NCBI GenBank assembly: GCA_043228905.1 | Contig: JBHGNT010000006.1 | Coordinates: 15,810,001-15,874,000 of the forward strand | Direction of reading: 5' to 3' | Source of the DNA: Azolla caroliniana | Lineage: Eukaryota; Plantae; Polypodiophyta | DNA: 64,000 bases | Shown: piece by piece, positions 49,527-62,789 of the stretch | Layout: each line of letters starts with the position of its first letter | Numbering within the stretch: the first letter of the stretch is position 1 | Notes under the pieces: generated by a model | What the model saw: the letters and a program-made list of their open reading frames with translations, nothing else | Databases searched by the model: none | Told to the model about the DNA's origin: nothing | Translations under genes and position numbers: made by a program

Positions 49527-52500
49527 CAACAGTTATCTCTACCACAATATGACAACCCTCTCTGCACATGTCATATACAAAGTGATTGACCTAAGTCATA
49601 TTTATACTTATATGAACTTAGGGCTATTTACAAATATAGCCTCAATAGGCTTACTCAAAAGACATACTTACAAATATGTCTTCTCTTCCAGTTCTCACCG
49701 GGTCTCCTCCGATTTTCGGATCTCTTCCGGTTCTCACCGGTTCCTCTTCATTCATAACCAGATCCCATCTGGAGGGACCGATTTCCCAACAATCTCCCCC
49801 TTCACTCCGGCATGGGATGTCTCGTCAGCCCGATCCGCTTTCGGCACGCGTCCAACTTGTCGGTTGTCAACACCTTGGTCGGCATCTTCGACCCGTTCTC
49901 CTCCGTGTGGATCTTCGTCAGCACGAACTCTTGATCTTCTACACTCTCTCGGATCCAGTGGTACCTCCGTTGGATATGTTACGTCCGAGAATGGTAGGCC
50001 ACATTCTTTGCAAGGTGAATGGCACTTTGACTATCGCCGGTATTCCTCCTGTTGGATCCCTAACTCTCTGATGAAGTCCTTCATCCAGATTATCTCCTTG
50101 CCGGCTTCCACAACTGCCATGTACTCCGCCTCCGTGGTTGACAACGCAATCGTCTTCTACAGCCTCGACTGCCACGAAACAACTCCCCCTGCATAAGTCA
50201 TGACATATCTGGATGTACACCGACTGGTATCTGCATCAGCCGACATATCTGAATCCGTGAAACCATCGAGTTGGGGTTTTCCGGAGCCAAACCGGAGGCA
50301 CATACTCAAGATGCCTTTCAGATACCGGAGTATCCACTTGACCACGTTCCAGTGCTCTCTTCCAGGATTGCTCATGAACCGGCTCACCACTCCGACTACA
50401 TATCCGATATCCGGCCGGGTACATACCATCGCGTACATCAAGCTTCCGACGGCAAAGGCATATGGAATCTTCATCATTTCTGTCTTCTCCGCCTTTGTCC
50501 TCGGAATTTGTTTTCCGGATAGCTTGCAGTTTGCCGAAAGTGTCGATCTGACTGGTTTCGCCTTCGACATGTTGAACTGTTGAAGTAGCTTTGTCATGTA
50601 CTTCTCCTGTGACAACCACAACAACTTCTTCGACTGGTCCTGAATGATGTGCATTCCCAATATCTATCTTGGCGGACCCAAGTCTTTCATTGAGAAGGTC
50701 CAGTTCAAACCCTTCTTCAGCATCCGAATCTTGCCTTGTTCTCGTCCGACGATCAACACATCATCCACATATAGGAGAAGTATCAGGAAGTCTCCTCTGT
50801 CAAATTTATTCACAAACACGCAATGATAAGCCTGCGTCTTGTGGTACCCTTGGTCGGTCATGAAGGAGTCGAACTTCCGGTACCATTTCTGGGTAGGTTG
50901 CTTTAGTCCGTATAAGCTCTTCTTCAACTGGCACACAAGGTGCTCCTTCCCTTTCTTCTCAAATCCTTCCAGTTGATGCATGTAGATCTCTTCTTCGAGG
51001 TCGCCATGTAGGAATGTCATCTTTACATCCAATTGCTCTACCTCAAGGTCCATGCTTGCCGCTATGCTCAATACCGTCCGGGTGGATGTCATCTTAACTA
51101 CCGGGGCAAAAATCTCACCGAAGTCCAATCCCTTCTTCTGCTAGAAACCCTTCACTACAATTCGGGCTTTGTATCTCAGCGGGTTTTCGGAAACTCCCGG
51201 TTTCAGCTTGTACACCCACTTGTTCCGGAGTGCTCTCTTCCCTTTCGGCAACTCTGTCAGTTCTTATGTGTGGTTCTCATGCAGGGAATCATCTCGTCCT
51301 GCATGGCACTCAACCACTTGCGGGTGTGGGTGTCTCTCTTTGCTTAATCGAAGCTTTCCGGCTCCCCCTCATCGGTTAGCAACACATGCTCTGCATCCGG
51401 AAATCTTTGAGCGTTCTTCTCTCTTGGACAGGATATCTTAGTCCCTGGTTTCTGACCACCGGTTCCTCTATTTGTTCCTCATCCTCATCTGATTCGGGAT
51501 CTTGTCTAGTTCCAGTGTCTTCTTCTTCGTCTTCATCTTCGGTCGGTTCGGTTTCTTGTGCATATCCAGCTGGTTCGTCGAGTGTCATTCGGTAACCGGC
51601 TAACATCCGGTTTTCAATCGGGTAGGTCCTTGTGTCCTCAAGCCGGTTTTCATTAGATGATCCGGAGTTCATCTTCTTCTTCTCCGACTCCCAGTCGGCA
51701 ATGGTCTTGTCTTCCATGAAGACTATGTCCCGACTACGGAACACTTTCTTGTCGACTAGATCCCACACCCGGTAATTGAACTCATCATCGCCGTATCCAA
51801 GGAATATGCGTGGCCTGGACTTCAGATCCAGTTTTTCTTTCTTATCCTTTGCAACATGCACATATGCGACACACCCGAACACCTTCAAATGCCAGTAAGA
51901 CACGTCCTTACCAGTCCATACTCTTTACAGTGTGTCTCCGTCCAAGGGTACTAAGGGTGATATGTTTATCACATAGGTCATTGTTGTTAGCGCCTTAGCC
52001 CAAAACATCTTGGGTAACTTTGCATAGGCCAGCATGCTCCGGACTCTCTCCATCACGGTCCGGTTCATCCGTTCGGCCAGCCCGTTCAATTTCGGCGTCT
52101 TCGGCACGGTGAATTCAAGTCGGATTCCCTTAGACCAGCAGTACTCCTCGAACTGCCCGCGGTATTCTCCTCCATTGTCCGCTCGAACCCTTTAGCTTCC
52201 AACCAGTTTCCCTTTCCACTCTTGTGTGGAGCTCCTTGAAGATGGATAGCACATGATCCTTCATCTTCAACGGTGAGACCCATAGCTTCCGGCTGTGGTC
52301 ATCTATGAACGTCACGAAGTACTACGATCCGGCATGTGACTTCGTGTCCACTTGACACACATCGGTATGCACCAGCTCCAGTGGTGCACTCTGTCTCATC
52401 GCTGGTCTTGACTGGAAGGAGGTACGGTTTTGCTTGTTGGCCAAGCCATCGGTGCACTTCCCAAGATGCACATCTTTCGCCTCCAGAATGAGGTTGTCTT

Positions 52501-54005
52501 CGGCAAGTCTCTTCATCCCCTTCTGGCTCATATGACACGGTCTCTTGTGCTACGTTCACTTCTTCCTAGCATATCCGGGCATTCATCAAGTACAGTGTGT
52601 TGACCTTCCAGGCACGAGTCGCTATTAGGCTCCCTTTGCTAAACTTCCTAACTCTGTTCCGGATACTACCCGTGTAGCCTTCATCATCTAGCCGACTGGT
52701 TGATATCAGGTTCAGTCGAACCTTTAGAACATGTCGGACATCCTATAGCAGCAACTTGCATCTGGTTGATATCGTCAACAACACATCTCCTATGCCGATA
52801 ATTCAGCATGTACCTTCATTCCCCATCCGGACACAACCTTGATCACTGGCTGTGTAGGATGAGAAGCATTTCCGATCCGGTGTCAAGTGGAACAACACTT
52901 CGGAATCGACAACCCACGTTGTCTCGTCGCTGACAAGGTTTAGCTCATTCTCCTCGGTAATGAGCATCAATTCCTCTTCACTTGTTGCGATTGCCGACAT
53001 TCCTTTCCGATCCAGGCCTCTCCAGTCCAAACCATTTCAGTCTGAACTCTTCTTCGAATCGGTAGTGCCGGTTTCTTTCTCTTTCCGGAAATGCCGACAA
53101 TTCTTTTGGAAGTGTCTCGGCTTCCCGCAAAAGAAGCACGTGGGTCTCCCCCTTGACTTCGACCTCGTCCCCGATTTGTCCCGGTTTTGGGGACTCCGAC
53201 ACTTATCTTCCCCGGTTGTGGTCATCTTCCGTGACCAAGGCCTTCGGATCGGTTCCGGATTCCCGGTCCTTCCAGCGAGCTTCTTCATCTAGCAAGCTTG
53301 ATTTTACCCTTGCTAGGGATAACGGTTTTCCTTCCGGCCCGACGTTGCCCAACGTGACAACTAACGTCTCCCAGCTATCCGGGAGGGAACCGAGTAGGAG
53401 CAATGCGAGTACCTTATCGGCGAGAGGTACTTCCAACGAGGTTGCTTGATGTATCAGCCCCTAGAAGGCATTCATGTGCTCCGCCATATTGGATCCATCC
53501 TGGCACTGGAGCCTCACTAGCTTCTGAAATACCGAAATGCGATTAACGACGTTCTTGTTCTGGAACATGATGTCGATCTTCTCCCAGAGTTCATGAGCCT
53601 TGCTCTCTTAATTGAAGTTGTTGTACATGCTCATGTCGATGAAGCACCAGATATATGTCGTAGTCTTCATGTGCATCACCTCCCACACTATGGCGTCGAT
53701 CTTGTCCGGTTTCTTGTCCCCGAACTGAACTGGAAACCAAAGATCTCTAACCACCACCATATCCCTCATCTTCTACTTCCACACTGAGTAGTTGGAGCCG
53801 GTGAGCTTGAACATGCCACCGAATGATTCTTCCATTTCCTGTGTTGTTCGCTCTAATACCAGATTGTGAAGAATAGCGGGGAATATTGCTCCAACTATCA
53901 CTATATGAGAGGAAATACAAAGTGGAGACATAGAGGCAACAACCTCGTGCTCGCGATCTTCGCCAGACAGTGGTTACAACAGAAAGTGCTCGTAGCTACC
54001 ATCTT

Positions 54006-54057
<52 letters not shown>

Positions 54058-54309
54058 TATACAACAATTATCTCTACCACAATATGACAACCCTCTCTAC
54101 ACATGTCATATACAAAGTGATTGCCCTAAGTCATATTTATAGTTATATGAACTTAGGGCTATTTACAAATATAGCCTCAATAGGCTTACAAATATGTCTT
54201 CTCTTCCGGTTCTCATCGGGACTCCTTCGGTTTTCGAATCTCTTCCAGTTCTCACCGAGTCCTCTTCATTCATAACCGGATCCCATCCAGAGGGACCGAT
54301 TTCCCAACA
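49213..54309 (-). mobile_element. Ty1/Copia element J (same family as A), degenerate
   Basis: LTRs ~49213-49791 and 53865-54309; PBS at 53850-53861 (minus strand); PPT at 49792-49808 (minus strand). CFFCGKPRHFQKNC, LLYVDDV, FTDSDM. The left terminus is eroded and the TSD is uncertain. Confidence 0.9.
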
Positions 54310-57189
54310 CCTATCTAGCAAGAAGTTTTCCTCGGTAGAAGACTATGTTCACCATGCTAGAACCCAAATCCAAAAATCGGGTCTAGAAGGCGACAATTGG
54401 TTCATAGATTGTTTTCTCAACGGCATCCCCAATTCAAACTATCACTGGATAGTGCATGATAAGGATCCCAAATCCTTCCAAGAGGCCGTTGAAATAGTTC
54501 TTTGCTATCAACACACTTCGAAGAAGGACCATAACAAACCCAACAAAGCACCTGGTACTAAGCAGTCACAAATCACTGGGAAATGCAAGACACCCAACGA
54601 ATTCATGGATCGCGATTGTAAGTGACAAAATCCTTTTTGCGTATTTTGCAAAAAGAAGGGTCATACAAAAGAGCAATGTTGAAAGCTCCAATGGAAGGAG
54701 CACGACAACAAAACAAAAGCTGCAGACCATAAAGGTCAGATTCCTTATGTCCTTGAGGTCTATACACATCATTTAAGTAATTGTAAATGTTCTTTCCCTC
54801 ACTATGTATTGGGACCCAATGATTTACTACACGCAAACAGGTATATCAATGGATCTCCCATACAATTTTTATTTGATTCAGGAAGCTCACACAATTTTGT
54901 GAATGATCGTTTGGTTCAACCCACCGTAAGTGATCACACCTATAGGGTGCACTTGGCTAATGGAAGAGTACAATACATCAACGGGGTGATTCATTCATTA
55001 GGAATTTCTATTGATACTTATATAGAGGAAGTAGACTTCCATGTAATGAATCTTTGTATCACTAATGTAATACTGGGTTATCCCAGGTTTTATAATAAAA
55101 ACTCTTCATTTTCTATTGATTGGGTTCGCTATTCCATTTCCTTTGTATTGAACGATTGTGCTCATTTTATTCAATGTGTAAATAAACAATTGAAAGAGAT
55201 TGCTTCCTCTCCATCAATATCAGAGTTGTCTTGTTCTTTATTTTATTGTGTACTTGATCCGAACATTCATGTTTATAATATCGATAATGTCTCGAGTCAA
55301 TTATCATATTTTGAACAACAACTCAATGAAATCTTAAATGTTTTTCATGATGTTTTTCCGAGTGAACTACCACATGGGTTACCTCCTAAACATAATATAG
55401 ACAATCGTATAGATATTGTACCTGGTGTTGCACCAATAAGTATAACTCCTTATTGCTTAAGTCGATCCGAAGAGGATGAGGTACTTAAGCAACTCAAGGA
55501 CTATTTACGAATGGGTTATATACTTTATAGTAAATCTCCATGGGGTGCACCTGTTCTCTTGGTAAAAAAGAAAGAGAGCACATGGCATATGTGTATTAAT
55601 TGTCGACACTCGAATAAAGTGACGATCAAGTATTCATATCCATTGCCCCGGGCTGACGATCTAATTGACCGTCTTCAGGGAGCTCAGTATTTTACGAAAC
55701 TTGATCTCCGTACGGGCTACCATCAAATTTGTATAAGTGAGGAAGATGTTCCTAAAACGGCATTTCATACGCACTATGGCCATTATGAGTCTTTGGTCAT
55801 GCCTTTGGTTTGACCAATGCTCCGATCACATTTCAACAAGAAATAAATGACATTTTCCAAGAACAATTTGGAAAATTTGTCGTTATTTTCTTGGATGATA
55901 TTCTAGTTTATAGTCGTACATTAGAAGAACATGTTAAACATGTCCGCTTTGTTTTATCAAGATGGTAAACCAATAGCATTTGAGAGTAAGAAACTTGATT
56001 CTGCTCAGTGTCGGTATCCCGTGCAAGAAAAGGAATTATTTGCAGTTATTCATGCGCTCACGACATGGCGCCATTATCTTTGTGGAAATAGTTTTGTGGT
56101 AACTACGGACCAGGAGTCCTTGAAATATTTTTGTGACCAACAAGACCTTAAAGGTCGTAAGGCACGATGGGTAGATCTCATCCAAGACTTTGATTTTTCA
56201 ATACAATATCGTAAATGTTCCATGAACACTGTCGTTGATGCATAAGTTGCATCCGTGAAGTTTACATGCTTAGCTTCACTAAAATAACATCAGATCTTTA
56301 TGATCACCTTCGAGGAAAGTATCCTGATGATAGTTATTTTGCCAAATACTGGGTTCTAGTGACAATACAGTGACAACTGAAACTCTAGTTACTTCAGACG
56401 AATTATCTTCTAAACCACATGTACCAAAAAGAATTCTCGATGTTAAAAAAAATAAAATTGTGTTCTAAAATAATCAGAGAATTTAAAATTAAATGGATGG
56501 ATAAGTCTATAAAAGATGCCACATGGGAACGTGAAAATACTCTTAGAACTAACTTCCCTAACTTTCCATTGCAAGAGAGCAATGTTTTAAAGAGGGGGAG
56601 TATGTTACGGGCATGACCATATAATATCCTGTGGTCAAAATTTACCGTAGTATTCTATACACGTGGATAAAGTGTGAGGGTTAAACGAGAGTGTAAAGAA
56701 GGGGAGGTTTACTTTTAATCCTCGGGATTGAGACAACCCATTAGGCCAAGTGTGAACTTGCCTGGGGGCCTTAGGTCTGGCTATAAATATGAGGCCTAGC
56801 TACCCTCATTTGACACATTATTGACTACGTCAAGACTCTAACATTGTGGTAGGTCAACTCTTGTAGCGAGTTCGCTAGCACTAGGTACGACTCGACACCA
56901 CAACGGTGGTATGGGACACCAATCGAGGCTCGAGTTCGTCTCGATCCCTTCGCTCGGGGTGGTCAGGTGGATCGGCACCCTTCTTTCTCTCTCTTGTTTC
57001 TTATTTATCTATCTTTTATCCTTATCATATGCTTACATTAGTAGCTAAGCTCTAACACGATATCTGAAGCTACTTGGTTTCATGGAGGTGGGTAGTGGAG
57101 GTGGAAAGCACGAACTACCTCGACTCCAAGCTTCTGCATCGAAAACTCTATTATCTGGTACGCTAGAAAGGATACCCAATATTTGTTAA

Positions 57190-57482
57190 AAAAAATTCAA
57201 ACGGTGTGGTTTTGTGGTTTGGTTTTGGTTTCAAACTTAGGTCAAAATTTGAATTTTAAATTTTCGAATTTTTAAAGATTTTCCTAAAATGTGAGAATAA
57301 GGCTTGAAAATGAAAAGATTGCTTAGAAACCATTTTTTTTTAAAATCAAAATCAAAATAAATAAAAAACCATTAAACTGTTTTAAGCACGGTTTCTAACG
57401 GTTGAAACCGAACCGTGAACTGAACCATTCAAACCGTTAAGCCGTGGTTTCATGGTTCGGTTCGGTTCAAACCGACCGTTGC
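57190..57482. repeat. AACCG/CGGTT-rich short-repeat cluster, possible non-autonomous DNA-transposon (MITE/hAT-like) remnant
   Basis: aaaccgaaccgtgaactgaacc...ggttcggttcggttcaaaccgaccg occurs in both orientations; no clear TIR or TSD. Confidence 0.4.
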
Positions 57483-58184
57483 TGACTGTTACTCAAAACT
57501 ATAAATTGATCGCACTAGACAGAGCTTAGGTGTCATGAAATTGAGTTAACAAGTCAAATTCATAAGGTAGAAATATTCCCTGGTTCATATGGAACCCTCA
57601 AAAGCGTTGGTTGAATGTGGGAGCTATCATTTGTTCTGTTTCCACACCCAACACGATCCGATTGAAAAGTACTTGTGAATATGTTTCCACATTCTGAGTT
57701 TTCATCAGTGAGGAATAGATTCTCATGGGCTCACAACGTGGTGTTCAATGAATGCACTACGCAATATTCGATGTTGTCATGGTATTGGGGCTGGGTCATG
57801 GTCTGCAGATTCCCATGGAACATGGTGTGCAATGAATGCACCTCCCAATGTTCAACATTGCAATGGAATTGAGGCAATATCTTAGCCTTGGTTATTTGAT
57901 TCAATATAGATCTTTGTGGTGAAGTGAAGATCTAATTAGACATTGTCTTAATGCGGAAATACATTGTTATAAAACTGCACAAAGCTGGCTTCATTTGGAA
58001 AATTGACAATCACATAACTTTCACTTTTACATTTCAGAATTTTACATTATGGAACTCAGTACTAGAGCCACACAATTGTAGCCTTAGATAAGCCAAAACA
58101 CTTTTCCTTTTAATTTACAAGACACCATATCAAACCTTCAAGCCCAAGCTTGAATGTACAGTATTGTATATATATGGGACATAT

Positions 58185-61100
58185 CTATTTTGTTACTGAC
58201 AGTTTGGCGAGAACATCAGCTGCCTGGTCACCTCCTAGTAGGAGATATGGGTGCCTCAATGCAGATGCTGCGGACAAACGACCACGACGGAAATAACCTC
58301 TTTCACATATTAATTTCGTAGCTAAATCCCAACCTTTTCCACCATCATAATCCAGAATCTCTAGATTCGGTCTCAATCTGGTATTCTCTCTCCATTTCTT
58401 CAAGTTATAGCCAGATTTTTGGATCTCACTCTTAAATGTTTGCAAACCTCCTGGAGTCCGCAAGGTAGGACATGCCATCAGCATCAATATTATTCCCACT
58501 GAATACATGTCAAACAAATCGGGACTGTTGAACTGTAAGATGAATGTAAGTAGCATTAGCAAAGCATTATGAAGAACGCTGAAAAAATAAATAGGATCAT
58601 ATAAATTTAAAAAACTTAAGCAAACTCATTGGTTTTCTAAATCTACCTATGCAGGAGTCAATCCTTACATAACCAAAATCAATCAAACTCTAAGGATCAT
58701 ACAAAACCTCTTGATTATACTGATATGTTCTAACTACACTAGAAAACAAACAATGTTCAATCATCCAGAATCTATATTAAAAAATTACACAATTTCCCTG
58801 TCCCTAGAATGTTTGTCTTAAAATTAATCTAGGTAGTCTTTGACCCAAGGAATGAAGGAGACACAGGAAAAAGATGTACGACACGATAGACAAATACAAA
58901 GATGGCTAATTCTTGCTCTCTACATAGCACTATCTATTCTTATGGTTGTTACATATCATCCTAATTTCATTTCAATTTATTTTCTTAGGAATGAGAACCC
59001 AAAATACATGTATTACTACATACATCCAATGTCTAAGTAAAATCATGGCAATATCTGAAATTTGCCACCACAATAGCAGCACTTCTTATTTTCTAATTGC
59101 AAGATATAGTGCTTACAAAAGTTTGTCTAAACAGAATTTCCAAGTGCTAGAATGGCCATCATCAAGAAACTGATATCTAGCATCAATTCATATGATATGT
59201 CTCGAATTTTTATATGTGCTGTAAGATGATTGAGTCCATACTGTACTGCAATAAACCATACAGAAATAAGACACTTCATTTTTATCAGAACCTGTCCTAC
59301 ATACCTGCCAAATAAATGGAGACAATGCAGCTGCTACAGGTGCTGGCGGAGGCTTTGGTGTCTCTTCTGGCATCACATAAAGTTCAGGAGGACAAAAATC
59401 AGGGTCCAGAATTGTACGATTGGGAACATAGTTTTTTCCTACACGCAAGTCTGTTGCTGCACCAAAATCAATCAGCTTAACCTTCCCTTTGTTTGTAATA
59501 ACAAGGTTGGAAGGCTTCACATCTCGATGGACAATTCCTGTATCATGAACTTTCTTCAAAGATGTAATGATTTGCCTTGTTATCTTTGTTATGATCAACA
59601 CTTTTCGCTCCAAAGGATTGCGATTTTTCAAGCTGGTTCCAAACATGGCCTCAGTTAAATTTTCTGGGAAATTGCGGTCCTTCAAACAATCTTGAAGTGT
59701 CGAGTCACCCTAAAACGATATTAGGACACTACAGCTATCAGAGTATGGTTATGTTTAGTTCCAATTTAATGACATAATCGCATGACATCTGCTGAAATAT
59801 ACACCTTGTTAGATACAACCACGTCAAGGAGACGAGATGTGGATATTGAGATAAGTTTTAACGAAATTAAGTAAGTTTCACCACCCACAGGGTTAACCTT
59901 ATGTATGAGGTATTCATTTCGTAAAACTTTATTACACCTATTCTTACAAATGATATTTGTTATCTCAATATTATCACTTGTTGAGGACACAATAATAATG
60001 CTGAAAATGTAATTACCTCAAATTTCCAAACCAGCCATTTGCCTCCCTTTGTAAATTGGCCACGAGTAGTGTCAGCAACAAAACTCCCAAGAAAATCAGC
60101 ACATACATCTGGTGCAGCACGTGACATCCGATAGTTGAACCACTCTTCCATTTCCCCACATTCTACGGCCCCTTCAACTCCAGTTTTGATCTACATAAAT
60201 ATAAATCCTATCATGGAGATGAGAAAACTATAGAAAGCTCAAAAAACCTACAAAATCTGAAAAATTTGTAAGACATCTGAGCTTTAGAAAAATACAACTC
60301 TCAAATGGTTTCCAACATTTTGGACATCATCAATTTTGTATTAGTAAAACTAGTAGAAAATGGTCCCAAAAGATAATTCAGATTTTGAACTACCAAAATG
60401 GAGCGTCTAGCAGTAGTTCTTAAAAATTGCCACATGGAGGTGGCACATCTAGTTGAGATAGCTAGGAAACTTGATATGACAATTGATGAATTGTCATATC
60501 AAGTTTCCTAGCTATCTCAACTACCAAAATGGAGTGTCTAGCAGAAGTTCTTTTAAATTGCCACATGGAAGCAACACTTCTAGTTGAGATAACTAGGAAA
60601 CTTGATATGACTATTGATAAATTGTGCGACAATATCTGTATACAGGGTATATACTTAAGAGTAATATGTTCAAACGATGATCTCGTTTCATTTTGGTTGG
60701 TTTTCTTCAGAAGTTGGTAAAACTGTTCTACAACAATGATAGCATGTGTAGCTTCTAGAATAAGATAGCCTCCTTTGTCTCCTCTAGAAGCTTCTAAAAT
60801 GACTTGAATTTCTAGAAGGTTCTAATCTCTGTTAACCATGGACTGTTGTAGACGATTTTAACCTCCTCACAAAATGTTCAGTCTTTCCAAAGTCAATTGT
60901 GATGCCGGTTAAGAAATGCAAATGAGTTGAGCCACTCCCATTCTAATTCTAGATGTTGTCTTGTAATCCAATCATGTATGAGATCTTGCAATTCAGTTTC
61001 AGATACAGTTGTTTTTTGTAATTAGGCATTAAGTTCTTGTAATAATTCTCTTAATCTATATTGAAGAGTATAATCACGCAATTCTTCTTGATGAGACTCA

Positions 61101-61960
61101 TTACTAAATATTTCAAATCTATGTCTAAGAGTATAATAAAGGTATCCTTGTGTGTTCTGTCCATTTCAAAAAGTTTCAGATCTCAAAACTGAAACTTAGA
61201 TGAACCTTGTTTCTATCTCTATGCATAATGTAAGAAATTTAGATAAACCTTTAGCTAGAAACGTCCTTTTCCTAACATATCGATAGCATGAAACATAAAT
61301 TAAACCAACCTTTTTGAGGATGACCTTCTGGAAGGATTCATAACCAGAGAACTCTTCAAGTCGCCTAGATCTTTTACCAATATCATCATCATCAGATTTG
61401 AGGTTGGAAGGAAGCATCGAACCAGAAAACACAATACCAAATGATCCTTCACCAATCCTCTGCTCAACAAGAAAACTTGAACGTTTGTAGAGCCTTCGTC
61501 CTTGTAAATTGTCAGCGAAGTACTGAAGAGGGGCAAGTATATAAGCATCTATGGCTCCGATGAGGACGCCAGGTCTTGCTGTTAAGTAAAGGAGAGAAAT
61601 AGAAGCTATGGCTAAGCTCTGCCATCGCTGAGCTTCTGGAAGCTTCTGGATTGCTTCGGAACCAATGTTCAGGGCTATAGAAAGTGCATTGGTTTCTCCT
61701 TCTGCTTGTTGTAAGGATCCAACGAAGACCTGGTTTAGTAACGGTTCGACATGAGAAAGGATGGTATTATCTGCTGGGAAGCAATTAATGCAGATCATTA
61801 GGAGCCCGAAATGGCGGCCATGGAGACGATGTTTCCTTGGGGCTGTGAGGATGTGACGACGTGGATGAAGATGATGAGAAGGAGAAGCGATGGAGACGCG
61901 GTGGAGGAAGGATGCGGAAGAAGAGAGAACAGAAGAGGAGGAGGAGGAGAGATTCATCAT
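58185..61960 (-). CDS. STN8: Serine/threonine-protein kinase STN8, chloroplastic (~525 aa)
   Basis: Exons 61960-61310, 60190-60017, 59709-59305 and 58532-58185, with phase-0 GT-AG introns and no stops. Ser-rich transit peptide. [57 protein letters not shown] and [23 protein letters not shown] match the STN8 family as I know it. Confidence 0.95.
60450..60523. repeat. Perfect 35-bp inverted repeat (4-nt loop) in STN8 intron 1, between two direct repeats
   Basis: tagttgagatagctaggaaacttgatatgacaatt-gatg-aattgtcatatcaagtttcctagctatctcaacta. Direct copies at ~60388-60494 and ~60519-60625. Confidence 0.9.
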
Positions 61961-62329
61961 TTAGAAGAAGAAGAAGCCACACCCCCACCCCCCCATTCAA
62001 ACCACATAGAAGCGGTGAGTGGACTGTGGAAATGAAAAGAATCAGAAGAGAAACAGAAACAGAAACAGAAACAGAGGAATTGGATAAGGAGGGAGGGAAG
62101 GAGGGTTCATAGATGATGGATGGACGGTTCTTCTTTCTCACTCCATCCATCCATCCATTATTCATTATGTACCTCAGGTGTCTATTGCCACCAAAATCAT
62201 AAATAAACACGCCTCGCAAGGGAATCACGGCCACCGACGATGCAAGTCGCTCAGCTGAGGGCGGGTGCGATCTGCACGCACTATTCAATTAGGATAAAAA
62301 AAATAAACGCACGAAAAAAAGAGAGCTAA

Positions 62330-62560
62330 CAGTAGTCGCCTTACTCTAACAACTCGGTCACCCAACCACATTTGAGTCGCCCAACTATCCCAAATCAATC
62401 ACCCAACTCTCAGCAACTCCGTCACCCAACCAAATGTGGTCACCCAACTATCAAAGGTTAGTCGCCCAACTATCACCAACTTGGTCACCCAACCAAGCAA
62501 TTGTGGTCGCTCAATCGAGCGTGGTCTCCCACCCAAGTGTGGTGTGGTCGCACAATCAAG
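62330..62560. repeat. Array of ~10 GTCRCCCAAC motifs with variable spacers upstream of STN8
   Basis: ggtcacccaacc, agtcgcccaact, atcacccaact, cgtcacccaacc, ggtcacccaact, agtcgcccaact, ggtcacccaacc, then decaying copies. Confidence 0.75.
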
Positions 62561-62789
62561 TTGTATAAAACCCCGAAACCTATCATTTTGTCACATTTTT
62601 AAATGAGATTCTTAGGGTTTTGTGGAGGGAAAAAGGGTTTCAACTAACCATTTGTTGACGTGCATTCGCCATACCATCTTCATCGCCACCTGCTTACTTC
62701 AAAAGTTGGTATTTTATTTGTTTCTACTTTTTCGGCAATTTTTTTATACTGTAAATAAATCATATTTGTGAATAATCAAGTATGTGATT

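Larger units (their letters stand above)
26795..57057 (+). mobile_element. Chromovirus-type Ty3 element L, degenerate; outer shell hosting G, K, M and J
   Basis: LTRs 26795-27225 and 56603-57057; TSD CGATA at 26790-26794 and 57058-57062. PBS TGGTATCCAAGCC at 27228. Gag pieces ~45880-46164, 49025-49212 and 54310-54700. Protease [21 protein letters not shown]...FLDDIL, RNase H YPVQEKELFAV, chromodomain-like IKWMDKSIKDATWE. PPT AAGAGGGGGAG. Confidence 0.9.

Noticed and set aside
49297-50196. 299-aa + strand ORF
   Set aside because: Antisense read-through of the J LTR and RNase H region.
57690-57870. Two-copy ~90-bp repeat downstream of STN8
   Set aside because: Simple diverged local duplication with no further structure.
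62330-62560. CRISPR-like appearance of repeats with spacers
   Set aside because: Repeats are only ~10 bp, spacers are short and irregular, there are no cas genes and the context is eukaryotic.
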